Of a DNA stretch of 64,000 bases, positions 62,226-64,000 are shown in pieces. The translations under genes were made by a program, and so were the position numbers. The notes under the pieces are model-generated. The model was given only the letters and a program-made list of their open reading frames with translations. It did no database searches and was not told the DNA's origin. Position 1 is the first letter of the stretch. Every line of letters starts with the position of its first letter. Source of the stretch: Octopus bimaculoides (taxonomy: Eukaryota); assembly GCF_001194135.2 (NCBI RefSeq), contig NC_068982.1, positions 7,523,934-7,587,933 of the forward strand, read 5' to 3'.

Positions 62226-63722
62226 AGTCAGGACATCCAGAGCAATCCACATGCGTACTGAGTATATAATATTTTTATTTGTTTAGTACTGTGTTTAATC
62301 TCCGTTCATATGACCAAAGAAAGACATTCAAGCTGTGACCATTTCATCCACTATTTTTTAATGCTGTATGATACGTAAGATTTCATTATGCAATGTGACG
62401 TTACTTTTTAAGATGCAATATTATTTGAAGGAGAATCAGAAGATATTTCTAGCAGGATTACTGATACTTTAGGAGCTATCTAGTTAGCTTTATAATTATG
62501 TAGACTATATTGGTGTCCTTTTCCATTGTTTTCTCATCTAGTATTTCACTGCATATTTGAAAAAATAATTTCCTGATGTCTCATCTTGAGGAGTTGCTGC
62601 CAACACTCTTCTAAGTTTCATTCAGAACATAACATTGTAGGATGTTATCTGACACAGGAAGAGTCGTAGAGCAAATACACTCATATTCTACATTGGTTAG
62701 CTCTACACGTTACTGTTGTATTACAAAAGTAATGCAACAATGAAAAGGAAGTAAATAGTATGCACTCTATGATCAATGCAGAATTTCTTAAATGAATATA
62801 AAAATATTCATTGGAAATTTTAAAATATAGATAAATTTTTATAACGTGTAACTTTATATAAGCAACTTTAAGTGTCTTCAGTTTCATTTATCACTTTTGA
62901 AAGTTAGTTCCGAAATTATGATCTAATCTTTAATCCAAGATGTTCAACAATGATACTTTGAAATAGATTTCTAATGTTCAGGAAAACCACTTAAGTAGTC
63001 TTTTATTTATATTTTCATTTGTTTCTTGGGTTTCTCTCTTTTTCGCTTCTTTCTGTATCCCAATTTCATCTCAAGTATCGTGCTGAACTAGTCATTTATT
63101 TATTTATTTTTAAATCGTTTCCCTTCAATACCATAATATCGTTTCCTTAAAAAAAAAAGTGTTTCTCAATAGAATTATTGTTATGAAATGTAGGTTTCTG
63201 TAACGCTATCAAATCTCGACCACATAGCTATACAAAATTTTTTTTTCTGTGTAAATATTACAGGTAAATTTGTTCTGTATTAATAGCAACAGTAAATAAA
63301 GTACACAGGCAAAGAAAAAATCTGACGTGTAAACATTCCGTAGATTCTTTTTTCTTTTTTTTTTTTTCTTTTTTTTTTGGAAATCCAGTGATAGTTTTGA
63401 TCTATCATTCTGTTATAGCTTTTTTCTTTTTCTTTTTGAATGCCTAAATCCACTTCAAACGGTCTGGAGAGCTTTGAGATTTTTCATCGAGTTAATACAA
63501 GTTGGTTTCTTTTATAAGTTTGTGTGATTATCAGTAATTGCCAGTATATCAACGTTACGTTTTTAGATGTGATTCAAATATAACAAGATTATGATATGAG
63601 CATTTGATGCTGGCATGCCATAAAGGTTTTTGATTTTATTTTCAATCCGAATGCATATACATAACTGTCTCAAATATAGTAACAATAAAGAACGAAAATA
63701 AAAAATATCTTCGAACATTAGT

Positions 63723-63779
63723 ATTTTGTAAAAGTGAAACTGTGGTCTTATTAACACCACAGTTTCACTTTTACAAAAT
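63723..63779. repeat. Perfect 24-bp inverted repeat with a 9-nt loop
   Basis: attttgtaaaagtgaaactgtggt - cttattaac - accacagtttcacttttacaaaat. Confidence 0.95.
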
Positions 63780-64000
63780 TAAAGGGGATTTTGCCAGTAT
63801 CAGTTGGTGTCGCTATTATTGATATTATTTTAGTTGTTTTCACCTAAGTGGATTCTCATCGAACATAGCAACATCCAAAGACTCCGACTATACCGCGCAA
63901 TCTTTGGTTGCTGGCTATAAATGCGCTTAAATGTGACCAGCACCAAGTATCCAAAATAAGTGTATATAGATAATTGAACATATCAAACTGTTTTTATTTT

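Overview
AT-rich, repeat-dense eukaryotic DNA, most likely an octopus genome (inferred from the SINE families, the microsatellite load and the receptor sequence). It has 10 assembly gaps, mostly next to microsatellites. The only credible protein-coding gene is an intronless 431-aa rhodopsin-family aminergic GPCR at 13457-14752 (+), closest to invertebrate-type dopamine receptors (INDR/Dop1R2/DAMB-like). The rest is a transposon graveyard. There are about 17 copies of tRNA-headed SINE family A (three alternative 3' tails), about 8 copies of SINE family B (with an internal TA/TG microsatellite) and one copy of a third SINE. Decayed retroelement fragments include RTE, CR1/L2, R4/Dong (two copies) and Penelope (two). 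Decayed DNA transposons include a Tigger, a pogo-like element, a Tc1/maT-like element, a mariner and a Tigger-type MITE. I found no prokaryote-type system, CRISPR array or rRNA, and no clearly novel multi-gene system. The most notable unexplained structures are a 120-bp near-perfect inverted copy inserted into an old Tigger transposase, a perfect 24-bp hairpin, a duplicated LINE-SINE chimera, four close head-to-head SINE pairs, and tail exchange among SINEs at a shared hairpin. Family and domain names come from motif recall, not database searches.
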